IMG/VR virus record: IMGVR_UViG_3300036804_000259
Span: 456-64,455 of that record
Direction: 5' to 3' (one strand)
Length of the DNA stretch: 64,000 bases
DNA from: a virus
Lineage: Duplodnaviria > Caudoviricetes
Below, one piece after another: positions 8,874 to 18,111 of this stretch (its first letter is position 1; every line of letters begins with the position of its first letter). The position numbers were made by a program, and so were the translations under genes. Under the pieces are notes generated by a model. The model was not told the origin of the DNA, made no database searches, and saw only the letters and a list, made by a program, of their open reading frames with translations.

Positions 8874-10137
8874 CGGCGGCTTTAGCTACCTCCTTTTCCA
8901 GCCGTTTTTGAGCGCGGCCATTGGTCATCCAATTTTCGCACCAAGCCCCTTCCAATTGAGGAGCCACTGCTTTGACAATCGTAAGACTCGCGTTCGCGAA
9001 TTCTTCGACCCGCAACACCCGGTAGTAAAGCTGATCGATTCCGCAGGTCGCTAGCCGACCCGTTAAAGCGCTGAACTCCTCGGCCAAATTTGCGAATTCG
9101 TAGCCGTCGCAAATGAACTGCCTCGCGAATTCAGGCCAGTTAGCCTTGAAGAAGGGCAGATTATTCAACGATGCGATAAGGCGCTTTGAACTGGACTGCT
9201 TCATTAAAATAAAATCACGTCGGTAGAGATCGTCACGGGCACCGGAGATGTAACAGAGTCGGCTCTGGACAGCTTCTGTGATCGCCCTCTGTGCTGCCAC
9301 TCTCGGGTTCAGATGAGCCCCGTAGCCGCCGAAAAAGCCTACATTGTCACCGCCGAATAAGGCGCAGCCAAGCACGGGAATGCCGAGGTCGTTTTCTAAA
9401 TAATGCAGAAACGGGTAAAGGCCGGCTTTCCGGATCAACGAAATAGACCACTCCAGTTCGGGAGGCAGATCAATCAGCGGCACCCGAACCGGAAGCGTTC
9501 CGACTAACTCCCGCACATACTGGTTAATGGTCCAGGCGTCTCGTTCGACCAGTTCATAGAAAGCCTGCAAAAGTGCGTCCTCCAGAGTGATGCCGCTCGC
9601 GAGGCCATTGCTGGATTGCTGCACATCGAGAAACTGTTGCCTGGCGCGGTCTTCCAGCCAGATCATATGCGAAGGCATCCAGACGGTGCTCGCAAATCCT
9701 GGTCGAATGATGACCTTCTCGACCAGCTCCCAGGCGATCGGCGTGTCCTCGTCAAGGACGTTATCTCTGGCCAGCGGATAGGCTTCCAGAGGCAATAGAT
9801 CACTTGAATCCCGGTTCTGTTGTAGCTGCCGGTGACTGCAAAGCTTAAACTCTGAATTCGGATTCTCAGCGGCCCAGAACTCGAGCCCTTCGATGATCGA
9901 GCCGGCGCAAGCCAACCGGTCGTAGGCATTCTTGCCGGCCGTCACCGAAATCGTATGGGCGTCCGGTCGGTGACAAATCCAAACCGGAATACCAATTACG
10001 TCGAGATTAGTAATTTGCCGGTAGGAAGTGATGCCGTAGGAGAGGAGCCGGGAGTACGGTAGCCGGCAGATAGTTTCGGCTAGCTGAGTCCTAGCTTGAG
10101 AGCGAGCCTCGTTGCCCAAAAAAAGCAGGCGATCCAT
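8860..10137 (-). CDS. ycaO: YcaO-family enzyme, TfuA-associated (thioamide-forming type)
   Basis: GIT...ITNLDVIGIPV, RP..TISVTAGK, SIIEGLE, SSNGLASG..ELVERDA, GYGAHL, RAITEAVQSR..ISGARDDL; no PxPxP tail; overlaps tfuA by 14 nt. Confidence 0.93.
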   Translation of the reverse strand: MDRLLFLGNEARSQARTQLAETICRLPYSRLLSYGITSYRQITNLDVIGIPVWICHRPDAHTISVTAGKNAYDRLACAGSIIEGLEFWAAENPNSEFKLCSHRQLQQNRDSSDLLPLEAYPLARDNVLDEDTPIAWELVEKVIIRPGFASTVWMPSHMIWLEDRARQQFLDVQQSSNGLASGITLEDALLQAFYELVERDAWTINQYVRELVGTLPVRVPLIDLPPELEWSISLIRKAGLYPFLHYLENDLGIPVLGCALFGGDNVGFFGGYGAHLNPRVAAQRAITEAVQSRLCYISGARDDLYRRDFILMKQSSSKRLIASLNNLPFFKANWPEFARQFICDGYEFANLAEEFSALTGRLATCGIDQLYYRVLRVEEFANASLTIVKAVAPQLEGAWCENWMTNGRAQKRLEKEVAKAADGTD

Positions 10138-10995
10138 TCAAGGGAGGGTAGCGTAATTCAAGCGCCAAGTCGCTAGATCCATCAATATCCGTACTAGCGG
10201 CTTAAAAGAGGCGTGCGCTTCGAGCCAGCAAGCTGCCTGCGCTCCGTAGCGTTTGTAGAGCTTTCTGAGCGTCCGTGGAGCTCGGGCAATCATCCAGTAG
10301 CGGAATCGCTTCCATCGTGGGTCGTAGGCTCCGTAGGCGGAGCGGGCGAGCCAGCAAAAGGCGACCACGGCAAGTGCAGAGACGGCGCTGCCGGCACCGC
10401 TCAGAATGTTGCCGGTTTGCGCGTTGGCCGCGTTGGCCGACATGACACTTTGTTGTGCCGCCATGTTTTCGGCGAACTGGCTCTCTTGGACCTTGTAGGC
10501 GTAGTTCGCCTGGTTCCAATTGTTTTGGCCGGCAATGTTGGAGAGCGCGATTTGCGAAGCATCCGCGCCGGAGAGGCCGAAAGTCCTCGGACGGAAAGTA
10601 TCGTTAGCAGTCTGAAATTGATTCATCAGCTGCTGCTGATATTGCATCTGGTTCAGCCCCAGATTGCGGGCCACGTTCGCCATCCCGGTTGTGCCGGTGC
10701 CAAGACTCCAGCCGCCCGTGGCGCCCACCGCATTGGTCAGTCCGCTGCGCGTCCACAGATTTTGCAATTGGGGAGTAACCGCTCCGCCCATCTGCGTTTT
10801 GAGATTGTTCAGAAACGTCTGTTGCGAACTGTAAAGCTGCGGATAGCGGGACTTAAAATCGGCGTCGCTCAGACCATAGGCGGTCGTGTCCATGCCGGTC
10901 GCAGTCTGCTCGATCTGTTGCGGATTAGCCGGAACGAAAGCCGGCATGGCTCCTGGCAACTGCGGTTTTGGGAGGGATGGAGCGGTTGTCGACAT
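10138..10995 (-). CDS. probable internal virion protein with C-terminal CFI-box-CTERM-like domain
   Basis: Q/A/N-rich body, then FCWLARSAYG..PRWKRFRYWM..AP..LRKLYKRYG..AA; stop abuts the ycaO ATG. Confidence 0.65.
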   Translation of the reverse strand: MSTTAPSLPKPQLPGAMPAFVPANPQQIEQTATGMDTTAYGLSDADFKSRYPQLYSSQQTFLNNLKTQMGGAVTPQLQNLWTRSGLTNAVGATGGWSLGTGTTGMANVARNLGLNQMQYQQQLMNQFQTANDTFRPRTFGLSGADASQIALSNIAGQNNWNQANYAYKVQESQFAENMAAQQSVMSANAANAQTGNILSGAGSAVSALAVVAFCWLARSAYGAYDPRWKRFRYWMIARAPRTLRKLYKRYGAQAACWLEAHASFKPLVRILMDLATWRLNYATLP

Positions 10996-11372
10996 CAGGT
11001 TACCTCGAAAACCTTCAGGTCTTGCTCTACGAGTCCGACCTTACGCAGTAACTTCGGCGAAGCCAATACGCTTTTATCGTGGACCAACCAGAGAGGGTTC
11101 CCGAACATTCGCGTGGTCTGAATCGCTACTTTTGCGACCTCGTAAAATTCGCGGGCGCTCATCACATTCGGATGAACCGTTGGCCTGATACAAACGTGTG
11201 GGGTTGCGTAATAGAACGCGACCGGTTTGCCGTCCAATCTGAGCATGAAGATCGGAAAGACCGGTTCAAGCTTATGCTCGCAAGCCTCTGCTAATGAGAC
11301 TAGCCCCCAGAGCTCGGCCGCATGCAGATTGTTGATCCGCACCTGGTCTATTTGGAGTACCGATCCACCCAT
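10995..11372 (-). CDS. hypothetical protein, possibly degenerate GNAT-fold virion assembly protein
   Basis: 125 aa alpha/beta ORF preceding the ejection-like genes; fold is a positional guess. Confidence 0.4.
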   Translation of the reverse strand: MGGSVLQIDQVRINNLHAAELWGLVSLAEACEHKLEPVFPIFMLRLDGKPVAFYYATPHVCIRPTVHPNVMSAREFYEVAKVAIQTTRMFGNPLWLVHDKSVLASPKLLRKVGLVEQDLKVFEVT

Positions 11373-11512
11373 AGTTTTGTTCGCAACTGAGCCTCGGCGA
11401 AATTGATATTCGAGCGCATCTCAGGACCGTGGAGTTCGAGTTCGCGCTTCGAGTAAGGCCGGCTCCTCACTCGGATCCACCACCAACGCAATTTTCTTAA
11501 GAGCGTTTTCAT
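11348..11512 (-). CDS. small basic hypothetical protein
   Basis: MKTLLRKLRWWW start, ATGA-coupled to the upstream stop. Confidence 0.5.
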   Translation of the reverse strand: MKTLLRKLRWWWIRVRSRPYSKRELELHGPEMRSNINFAEAQLRTKLWVDRYSK

Positions 11513-12324
11513 TGGTATTTGATGATGTGCCACATGGTGCAAAAAGGTGGCATGATACTGAATTGCTGCTGACCCGGTCCCAATGGTTTACCGGTCATGT
11601 CCCGTATCGGCAATGTGAAATAGGAAATCGAGCCGGCACCTGGCGGCTGCAAATTCGGAATGTCGGTCCCAGGCAAACTAGGTGGATTCGCATTCGCGTA
11701 GTTCGGAAACGAAATCCGGATTGGCACCATTAATCCCGGCAGATCATTCCCAATCAGAAGACGGTTCAGTTGACTTCCGCCGACACTCGCGACTCCGCTA
11801 GGATTGGCGGTAGCCGGCGGTTGACCAGGAGCGGTGGGAATCGAACCAAGAGCGACCTCTTCCATAGTCGTAAATCCCGCGGCGTTGAAGAAAATGCAGG
11901 CACCAGGAGGAAGATTAAATGACGTCTCGCCGTCGCCCGGCCCCCAAGTTTCGCCTACCGCCTGAAATAGCCGGCTATAGGTGTATCTAGAAACCCATCT
12001 TCCATCACAGAGTAGCCAGTTGGCCGGCTGCGAATTACCGCCAAAAAGCGTGATTGTACCAACGGCCGCGCCCTGTTCGCCCGGCTGATATTGACCGGTT
12101 GTAGGATCAAACCACCACCATTCATTGCTGGAAGTATCGAACCAGGGACCGATATCGTGTACCGGCTTGCTTGAACCAACTTGGCCGATCAGAAAAGACT
12201 GCTCTAATTGGCCGGCAAGCGATTGACCGAGCAAATTGAAAAAGTCCGGCAAATAACCGCCCCAGCCTTGGGGAGCAGCCGACACGGTCAGATCGACAAA
12301 ATCAGTGGGGATTGGCACCGCCAT
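11509..12324 (-). CDS. tail collar domain protein (paralogue 3)
   Basis: VGTITLFGG..PANWLLCDG..VSR.TYSRLFQAVGETWG.GDG.TSFNLP; C-terminal MPPF...IIKY. Confidence 0.88.
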   Translation of the reverse strand: MAVPIPTDFVDLTVSAAPQGWGGYLPDFFNLLGQSLAGQLEQSFLIGQVGSSKPVHDIGPWFDTSSNEWWWFDPTTGQYQPGEQGAAVGTITLFGGNSQPANWLLCDGRWVSRYTYSRLFQAVGETWGPGDGETSFNLPPGACIFFNAAGFTTMEEVALGSIPTAPGQPPATANPSGVASVGGSQLNRLLIGNDLPGLMVPIRISFPNYANANPPSLPGTDIPNLQPPGAGSISYFTLPIRDMTGKPLGPGQQQFSIMPPFCTMWHIIKYQ

Positions 12325-12328
12325 AGTC

Positions 12329-13051
12329 TCACAAATATTTGATTACGAAATTCGCCGCGGCGAACGGAGGCATTACCGGTATGCGTTTTTGGTTAGCCCC
12401 AAGAATGTTGCCGTTTTCATCCACGACAGGGTAGTAGTAGCCGCCGCTCCCAGCTCCTTGGGTATTGGGAACGTTGAGGTTGTTATCGATCATGTCCGCG
12501 CTGATGTAGACCAAATCGACTTGTAACGCCGGCATTGCATCAGTGGGAATCACAGTGGTCTGCGCACCGCCGCGAGCGTTGATACCCCACACGGGAGAAC
12601 TACCAGGTGGCTGAAAAAAGAACCCTGGTACATTTACGAAAAAGACGGCCGGCGGAGGCAACAGGAAATTACTGCCTGCCCCTCCCCAAGTATGACCGAT
12701 GGCTGCAAACAACTCTGGATAGGAATTAGAACTAAGCTGCTGCCCTGCGCATACCATCCAATTATTCGGAATGTTACCCTTACCTCCCCAGATTGCCACC
12801 GTGCCAATCGGACAACCCTGAACGGTAGGGTTATATCCGTAACCGGTCCAATAATACCACTCAGTACCATTTAGCCACGGCCCAACGTTAGTGCTAGGTT
12901 TGTTCCCTCCGATTCGCCCAGTTAACAAACTAACGCTCATCTTTCCCTCTAAAGACGAGGCGATCAGATTTAGGACATCAGTCAAATAGTTGCCCTTAAA
13001 ATTCGCTGGCGGCGGATTAATCGTGATATCGACTGGAACAGGAACGGCCAT
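12329..13051 (-). CDS. tail collar domain protein (paralogue 2)
   Basis: PIGTVAIWGG..IPNNWMVCAG...YPELFAAIG.TWGG...FLLP; MPPF...VIKY. Confidence 0.88.
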   Translation of the reverse strand: MAVPVPVDITINPPPANFKGNYLTDVLNLIASSLEGKMSVSLLTGRIGGNKPSTNVGPWLNGTEWYYWTGYGYNPTVQGCPIGTVAIWGGKGNIPNNWMVCAGQQLSSNSYPELFAAIGHTWGGAGSNFLLPPPAVFFVNVPGFFFQPPGSSPVWGINARGGAQTTVIPTDAMPALQVDLVYISADMIDNNLNVPNTQGAGSGGYYYPVVDENGNILGANQKRIPVMPPFAAANFVIKYL

Positions 13052-13053
13052 AG

Positions 13054-13869
13054 CTATTGATATTTAATTATATGATTAGCAGTGGCAAAAGGAGGCATAG
13101 TCGGGAACTGACTTTGATCGGCAGCTAACACATTTAACTGGGCGCCTTCTTTGCTCTGCACCTGGTAATTGTAAGCTTGAACTGAAGTATCGCTGTAGGG
13201 AACAGGTAATCCGACTCCGGCGATTCCCGGCTGTTGTTTTTGCGCGTTTATGAACGGCACCAGCAATTGCATCGGCGGCAAATTAGCCGCGGTTAGCAAT
13301 GGTGCCAATTGCGAGCCACCAATGCAAGCCACTCCGTACGGAGCGGAGGTTACTCCGCTTACCGGTGCGCCCATTCCAGGTGGCACATTCGGAGATAAGA
13401 CCACCGATGGATCAGGAACAAAGCCGGGAGCATTTATAAAGGCGACTCCGCCAGGCGGTAACTTGAAGGTGGTGGAATAATCACCTGAGCCCCAGGTCGT
13501 ACCGATCACCTGAAAAAGCTCTTGATAGGTCGTTCGCGAAACTTCGCTTCCGTCGCAAACCAGCCAATTTGCGGGCGTCGATTGCCCACCCCACATCATG
13601 ACAATTCCAATAGGGACGCCATCCAAGCCTTGGACGTAAGCGCCTTTCTGCGGATTCCAAAACCACCAAGAATTCCCGTTTGACCACGGCCCTACGTCTG
13701 CGCCCGGCAAAATCCCGTTTAATTGGCCAAAGATTAACGCGCTCGTGTCGACAGAGGGATCGAACTTCGCCGCTATCGAACTGCCAATCGCATTGAGCAA
13801 TTCCTGCACGCTCTCAGGTTTAACCTTAGGTTCTTTCTCAACATAGAAAGCGATTGGATAGGAGGCCAT
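13054..13869 (-). CDS. tail collar domain protein (paralogue 1)
   Basis: PIGIVMMWGG..PANWLVCDG..VSRTTYQELFQVIGTTWGSGD..TFKLP; MPPF...IIKY. Confidence 0.88.
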   Translation of the reverse strand: MASYPIAFYVEKEPKVKPESVQELLNAIGSSIAAKFDPSVDTSALIFGQLNGILPGADVGPWSNGNSWWFWNPQKGAYVQGLDGVPIGIVMMWGGQSTPANWLVCDGSEVSRTTYQELFQVIGTTWGSGDYSTTFKLPPGGVAFINAPGFVPDPSVVLSPNVPPGMGAPVSGVTSAPYGVACIGGSQLAPLLTAANLPPMQLLVPFINAQKQQPGIAGVGLPVPYSDTSVQAYNYQVQSKEGAQLNVLAADQSQFPTMPPFATANHIIKYQ

Positions 13870-13871
13870 AA

Positions 13872-15320
13872 TTATTGGCGAGCCCAACTCATCGAGAAAG
13901 TTAATTGCAAAGTGCCTAACGGCGCCAGGGCGTGCGGTTGATCAAAATAATAGGTATCGATTTGGTTAGTCGTATCGGGAGTGCCATAGCCGAAACTCAA
14001 CATATAGAGTCCGGTTTGGTCCATGGCGATGGTGCCGCTCTGGGTCAGATTAAAACTGCCCGAGACATAGCTACTTGGCAGACAGGGCGCAACAAAGATC
14101 TGCTCCGTCGGCGCCGGGATCCGAGTAGGACTGCCGTTTGTGCCCACGGAGAGGCCTCCTGCGGTCGAGAGCCAAATTTGGCCGGCAACACTCGGTTCGT
14201 CGTAGCCGACGAATATATCGGCCGTGGGGCTAGGAGCTGCGCTTTGGCCATAGGGATTGACAAGAAAAATGCCCTGGTTACCGCGGAAAAACCATCCGTT
14301 CATGTCGACATTGAGCGTGCCGCCGGTCGGACTCGCGCTACTCACAAAGGTGAGTTGTAGACTGACCGTGGTTGATGGGCCGTGCGTCGAATCGGTAAAC
14401 GTGGACCAATCCAATACTTTCCATGTCCCGTTATAAGGCGCGTAACTAGAGCCGGCCAGGACAAGCGTGCTGCCGGGAATGACCGGCATCGTGCCGGAGA
14501 CGGTGACCGCGAGTTGATTTAATTGGGTTGAACTGGAGAGGTATTGCCAAATCGAGTAACTGATCGGCAAATTGCTGATGCTGATCGTCAGCGGCGTATT
14601 AGGAAAATAAGGAGAAATGACTCCTGGCCCCTGGCCATAATCGAAATTGACCTGGAGTTGATAAGTGACCTGCAATTGTTGGCCATTCGGAAGTTCATCA
14701 CTCGGGCCTTGCAAGATTATGGGAGCAGTGAGAAGCACCCGGCTAAAAAGATTCGCTCCGCCAACCGATTGCGGTGAGAACCCTAGCTCGGTGTAAGTGA
14801 TCCCAACCGATTCGGGCGTGAAGAGGAAGGTTCGATAGAGCGTGATTGAACCTAAGGCGACATTTGAACCGCAGGCACCCGGTGTAGTGAGATAATCAAC
14901 GGTCCGTTTAATCTCGTTGCCCAGTACGGCTTGATTGACGTACTGGACCACGAAGTGCGTCGCCGTTGATATGGTCAGGCTTATCGAAAGCGTGACCTGG
15001 GTCGGACTTACGTAGGCAATGATTTTCGCGATTTGGCCAGTATCGAAAACTACGTTCGCGGCTAAATCTCCGGTGCTAAAGCAGGCGGTGGCCGCGGTAA
15101 GAGCGGTGCCGGCAACTGTCGCAGTCGTCGCCGGATCGCGGGTGGTAGCCTGCGTGCCGGTGCCCACAGCGCAAGCTGCAAAAAGCTCATTGTAAAGAGT
15201 GGAGGCAACATAATCTAGTCCCTGATCCAGAATGAGATTGTCTTGCCAAGGTCGCGTCTCAATCAACTTGCCACCGGCTCGGACCGCGACTTGCACTCTA
15301 CCTTTTAGTTGCGCATTCAT
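13872..15320 (-). CDS. virion tail protein (beta-rich)
   Basis: NLILDQGLD..CAVGTG, ELGF..LFSR..L....QLQVTYQL pattern seen in phage tail proteins; S/T-rich. Confidence 0.6.
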   Translation of the reverse strand: MNAQLKGRVQVAVRAGGKLIETRPWQDNLILDQGLDYVASTLYNELFAACAVGTGTQATTRDPATTATVAGTALTAATACFSTGDLAANVVFDTGQIAKIIAYVSPTQVTLSISLTISTATHFVVQYVNQAVLGNEIKRTVDYLTTPGACGSNVALGSITLYRTFLFTPESVGITYTELGFSPQSVGGANLFSRVLLTAPIILQGPSDELPNGQQLQVTYQLQVNFDYGQGPGVISPYFPNTPLTISISNLPISYSIWQYLSSSTQLNQLAVTVSGTMPVIPGSTLVLAGSSYAPYNGTWKVLDWSTFTDSTHGPSTTVSLQLTFVSSASPTGGTLNVDMNGWFFRGNQGIFLVNPYGQSAAPSPTADIFVGYDEPSVAGQIWLSTAGGLSVGTNGSPTRIPAPTEQIFVAPCLPSSYVSGSFNLTQSGTIAMDQTGLYMLSFGYGTPDTTNQIDTYYFDQPHALAPLGTLQLTFSMSWARQ

Positions 15321-15562
15321 GCCGTATAAGTGCCGCTTTTAAACCTGGTTGAGCAGCCAACCGCCGCGGCCGCTCCGCTGAGAGCCGTAGCAGCAAAATA
15401 AGCTCCGCTCGCCAAAATCAGGCTAGTGTTGAGCGTCTCGCTGATCAGCGGTACTAACACGATCGGACTTGGCGGGATCGTGAGTCCCAAAGAGTCATAC
15501 CCACTATCTGGCGTCCGCGGGCTCCAAACTTTCTGGAAGGGTTGAAAGATTCTCGCTTTCAT
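15317..15562 (-). CDS. hypothetical protein in tail operon
   Basis: ATGA overlaps at both ends. Confidence 0.6.
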   Translation of the reverse strand: MKARIFQPFQKVWSPRTPDSGYDSLGLTIPPSPIVLVPLISETLNTSLILASGAYFAATALSGAAAAVGCSTRFKSGTYTA

Positions 15563-17448
15563 GTTGCGGTGATCGGAGCAACCGGGATTGCACAGACTTT
15601 CGGCGGCGGCAAACAGCCGATCGCGGTAACGATATTAGTCTTATCTTCTTCGCTTGGAGTGCATTGGCCTATGCCGGCTTGCGGATAGGCATCGACAAAA
15701 AGTCGGACTTCCCGTATACCCATCCGACCTTGCCAATTGATCAAGAGCTGGAATCCCTTGTCGACATTGTGAATGTATTTGCTCTCCACTTCGCAAGTGT
15801 CGGCACAATTGTCGTTTTCGGCCTTTGCTCCGCTGAACTCTGGCGTCCGGATCGTGCGTGTCTGTGGCTTGAAAGTCTGGATAAGAGTGTCGGTAGTGAG
15901 CCCTTGACTCGTCCAAATCGGATAGTTCGCATTGCCCGGCAGACCTTCCTCCGCCGAAAGCAGTAACTCATAAGCGAGCCGGTAATGACCTTTGATGCCG
16001 GCGTAGTAAATCTGAATCGTGACATTGCCGATTAGTTCTACGATATCGATCTCCGCATATTTGAAACGCGAGAGCTCGCCGACTTGACTGACCTCGAAAA
16101 TTTTGGTTTCCCAACTGCAAGCGATCGGCGTCTCGTTATAATCAACTCGCCGGCCGATGAAATCTTCCCAGAGCATAATGTTGCACGTCTGCCCATGCGA
16201 ATTCACGACTGGGTTACAGGCGTAGGAAAGCTCAAAGCAGCGCGGTACGTCTTGGATCTCGCCGGTTGCGAACTGAACTGGATAGGTGCCAGTCCAGATG
16301 CCGACCCAGGCCGGTGGCGGACTCGCTTGTTGCCCTTGCATGCCTGATGCTACGCTTCCGTCCATCACCCAACAGTGGCGATTCCATCGGCTTCCGCTCG
16401 GAACGGCAACGAGCATAAAGTTCTCGAAGTTGACCGCGCAAATCCCGCGTCGGTCCGGAGACATGTTCATCTTCGAACGCAACATCTCGCCGTCCTGCGG
16501 CGTGACCTGGCTTGAACGATATTGGTTGTAAGCCATATCGAAACTGACCAATCCAACCTCGGAAAACATCCAGGGTTGGCCGAACTGTTGCAGAGGCGAA
16601 AAAGGAGAGACGCTTCCGTAGTCCTTCGAGACAATGATTTGAAAATTCGGCGTATTCTGCCAAGTCGTTCGATCCAGAATGCCCGATTGCAGACCGGTCA
16701 CCGAGAAAGGAGTGAAGGCGAGCAAGGATGGCATGCTCTGTGACTGCGGATCGCCCGGCGTTTCCAGCAAACCGGTACAGCTTTCCGGCAGTTTGAATCC
16801 ATCGGCCTCGGCCAAATACGTGCCTTCGGTGAAAGAATTCGGATTGAGAAGATCACTCGCGTAGATGGTTTCGTTATAGGCCACCCAGAGCCTCGAGCCG
16901 GAGTAGACCATCATCTGTCCAGTCGGCAATTGATACCACGGTGCGCCGGCCTGATTATGACCACTCTGCTGTGGCGCCGTGGTCGAGGTCGCGGTATAAA
17001 ACGCACTCGCAGTGTAACCGTCCTGCATTAGGAGCGTATCGACCGGAGTGGGGAGCAAGGTTAGACTTCCGTCTAAATTTAGTTGAACGGCTTGTCTGGC
17101 CTGACAGAAATAGATTCGCGGACTGTATCTGTAAAAACTGACGTTCGGGAGTTGGACGTAGGTCGTAAATGGATAGACCGAGAAATAAATGTTGCCGTCG
17201 ATCGACCAAACGAGCTGCTCCTTTTGTCGGTATGGTCGGTAAATACAGAGGCCTTGAGCGCGTTTACCCGGCAGCATGAAAAGCAGGCTTCGACCTGGTC
17301 GCGTTTGCATCACGCCCCCGCGGTTCACCAAATTTTCGGACCAATTATAGCCGCCTTGGCCTATATCGGTTGGAGAAACCAGGGTGTTGCACCCTCGAAT
17401 CCAAGAACGGTCTTGAACCGGTACACGGCCAGTTTGGGGATAGGCCAT
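15559..17448 (-). CDS. probable tail nozzle/tubular protein B (P22 gp10/T7 gp12-like beta-propeller)
   Basis: 629 aa; ENLVNRGGVMQTRPG start, RLWVA...IYASD, W/Y-rich beta strands; first gene of the tail operon. Confidence 0.6.
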   Translation of the reverse strand: MAYPQTGRVPVQDRSWIRGCNTLVSPTDIGQGGYNWSENLVNRGGVMQTRPGRSLLFMLPGKRAQGLCIYRPYRQKEQLVWSIDGNIYFSVYPFTTYVQLPNVSFYRYSPRIYFCQARQAVQLNLDGSLTLLPTPVDTLLMQDGYTASAFYTATSTTAPQQSGHNQAGAPWYQLPTGQMMVYSGSRLWVAYNETIYASDLLNPNSFTEGTYLAEADGFKLPESCTGLLETPGDPQSQSMPSLLAFTPFSVTGLQSGILDRTTWQNTPNFQIIVSKDYGSVSPFSPLQQFGQPWMFSEVGLVSFDMAYNQYRSSQVTPQDGEMLRSKMNMSPDRRGICAVNFENFMLVAVPSGSRWNRHCWVMDGSVASGMQGQQASPPPAWVGIWTGTYPVQFATGEIQDVPRCFELSYACNPVVNSHGQTCNIMLWEDFIGRRVDYNETPIACSWETKIFEVSQVGELSRFKYAEIDIVELIGNVTIQIYYAGIKGHYRLAYELLLSAEEGLPGNANYPIWTSQGLTTDTLIQTFKPQTRTIRTPEFSGAKAENDNCADTCEVESKYIHNVDKGFQLLINWQGRMGIREVRLFVDAYPQAGIGQCTPSEEDKTNIVTAIGCLPPPKVCAIPVAPITAT

Positions 17449-17455
17449 GCCGGGC

Positions 17456-17483
17456 AGTCTATCACCCAGGGTACGCCGGGCAA
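17456..17483 (-). promoter_or_regulatory. promoter of the tail/ycaO-tfuA/ejection operon, leaderless geometry
   Basis: TTGCCC-16nt-TAGACT-7nt-ATG(17448). Confidence 0.55.
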
Positions 17484-17590
17484 GAACGGAGCGATGCTCG
17501 CGTCACGTTAACGCGAGCTTCGGCTAGCGTTTATGGACCGGCATCGTCATGCCGCGCTTGGCCTTTGCTGTCGCTCGCAGCAAATCTGCT

Positions 17591-17902
17591 TCAGTCCAAA
17601 TAATGCTCGCGCATTTTTTGGATGACGTTCTGAACGTGCAGAATGTCGCGCCGATCAGTGAAGTCCTCGGCGGCGTCATCGGCTTTATCCAAGACCGCGC
17701 TCAGGTTCTTGAGTTGTTGGGCTTCGGTGAGGCCTCGAGCCCCAGGCAGACTGACCATGGCACCGCCCGGCCCAACGATCATGCCGGCACTTTCCCCCGC
17801 TCGGTCACGCTTCACATGCGGTCCCGCCGGCAATTCGTTCGCGGGCCGCGCTTCGACCAGTTTACCCGTGGCTTTATCGATCCGGTAGATTTTGCCTTTC
17901 AT
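17591..17902 (-). CDS. hypothetical protein
   Basis: ATGA-coupled; IYRIDKATGKLVE N-terminus. Confidence 0.65.
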   Translation of the reverse strand: MKGKIYRIDKATGKLVEARPANELPAGPHVKRDRAGESAGMIVGPGGAMVSLPGARGLTEAQQLKNLSAVLDKADDAAEDFTDRRDILHVQNVIQKMREHYLD

Positions 17903-18111
17903 AGTTTGCTCAAGTCGTCTCGGATTTCCTCCTCGATGCCTGCTGCGGTACGTCTCAAGATATCGGGAAGCTGTCTCAAAAATTGGACGTCGGATTTAAC
18001 CGACATGCCGAAGCCGCGCTCGCCATCGAATACCATTAGGACGATGGCTTTTGCGCGGAGTTTTTCGAGAAGCTCTTGTGTCTCCGGATCGTACTTGCCA
18101 GCGCCAATCAT
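17899..18111 (-). CDS. hypothetical protein
   Basis: ATGA-coupled chain. Confidence 0.7.
   Translation of the reverse strand: MIGAGKYDPETQELLEKLRAKAIVLMVFDGERGFGMSVKSDVQFLRQLPDILRRTAAGIEEEIRDDLSKL

Noticed and set aside
8860-10137. YcaO as an azoline-forming cyclodehydratase of a conventional RiPP cluster
   Set aside because: No Pro-rich PxP C-terminus, no E1-like partner, dehydrogenase, protease or transporter; coupled to TfuA
7173-11121. Long plus-strand ORFs 7173-7805 and 10213-11121
   Set aside because: Antisense shadows of well-supported minus-strand genes with no recognisable motifs
11509-13869. Diversity-generating retroelement or invertible fibre cassette
   Set aside because: No reverse transcriptase or invertase; paralogues are diverged throughout rather than adenine-specific near-identical repeats
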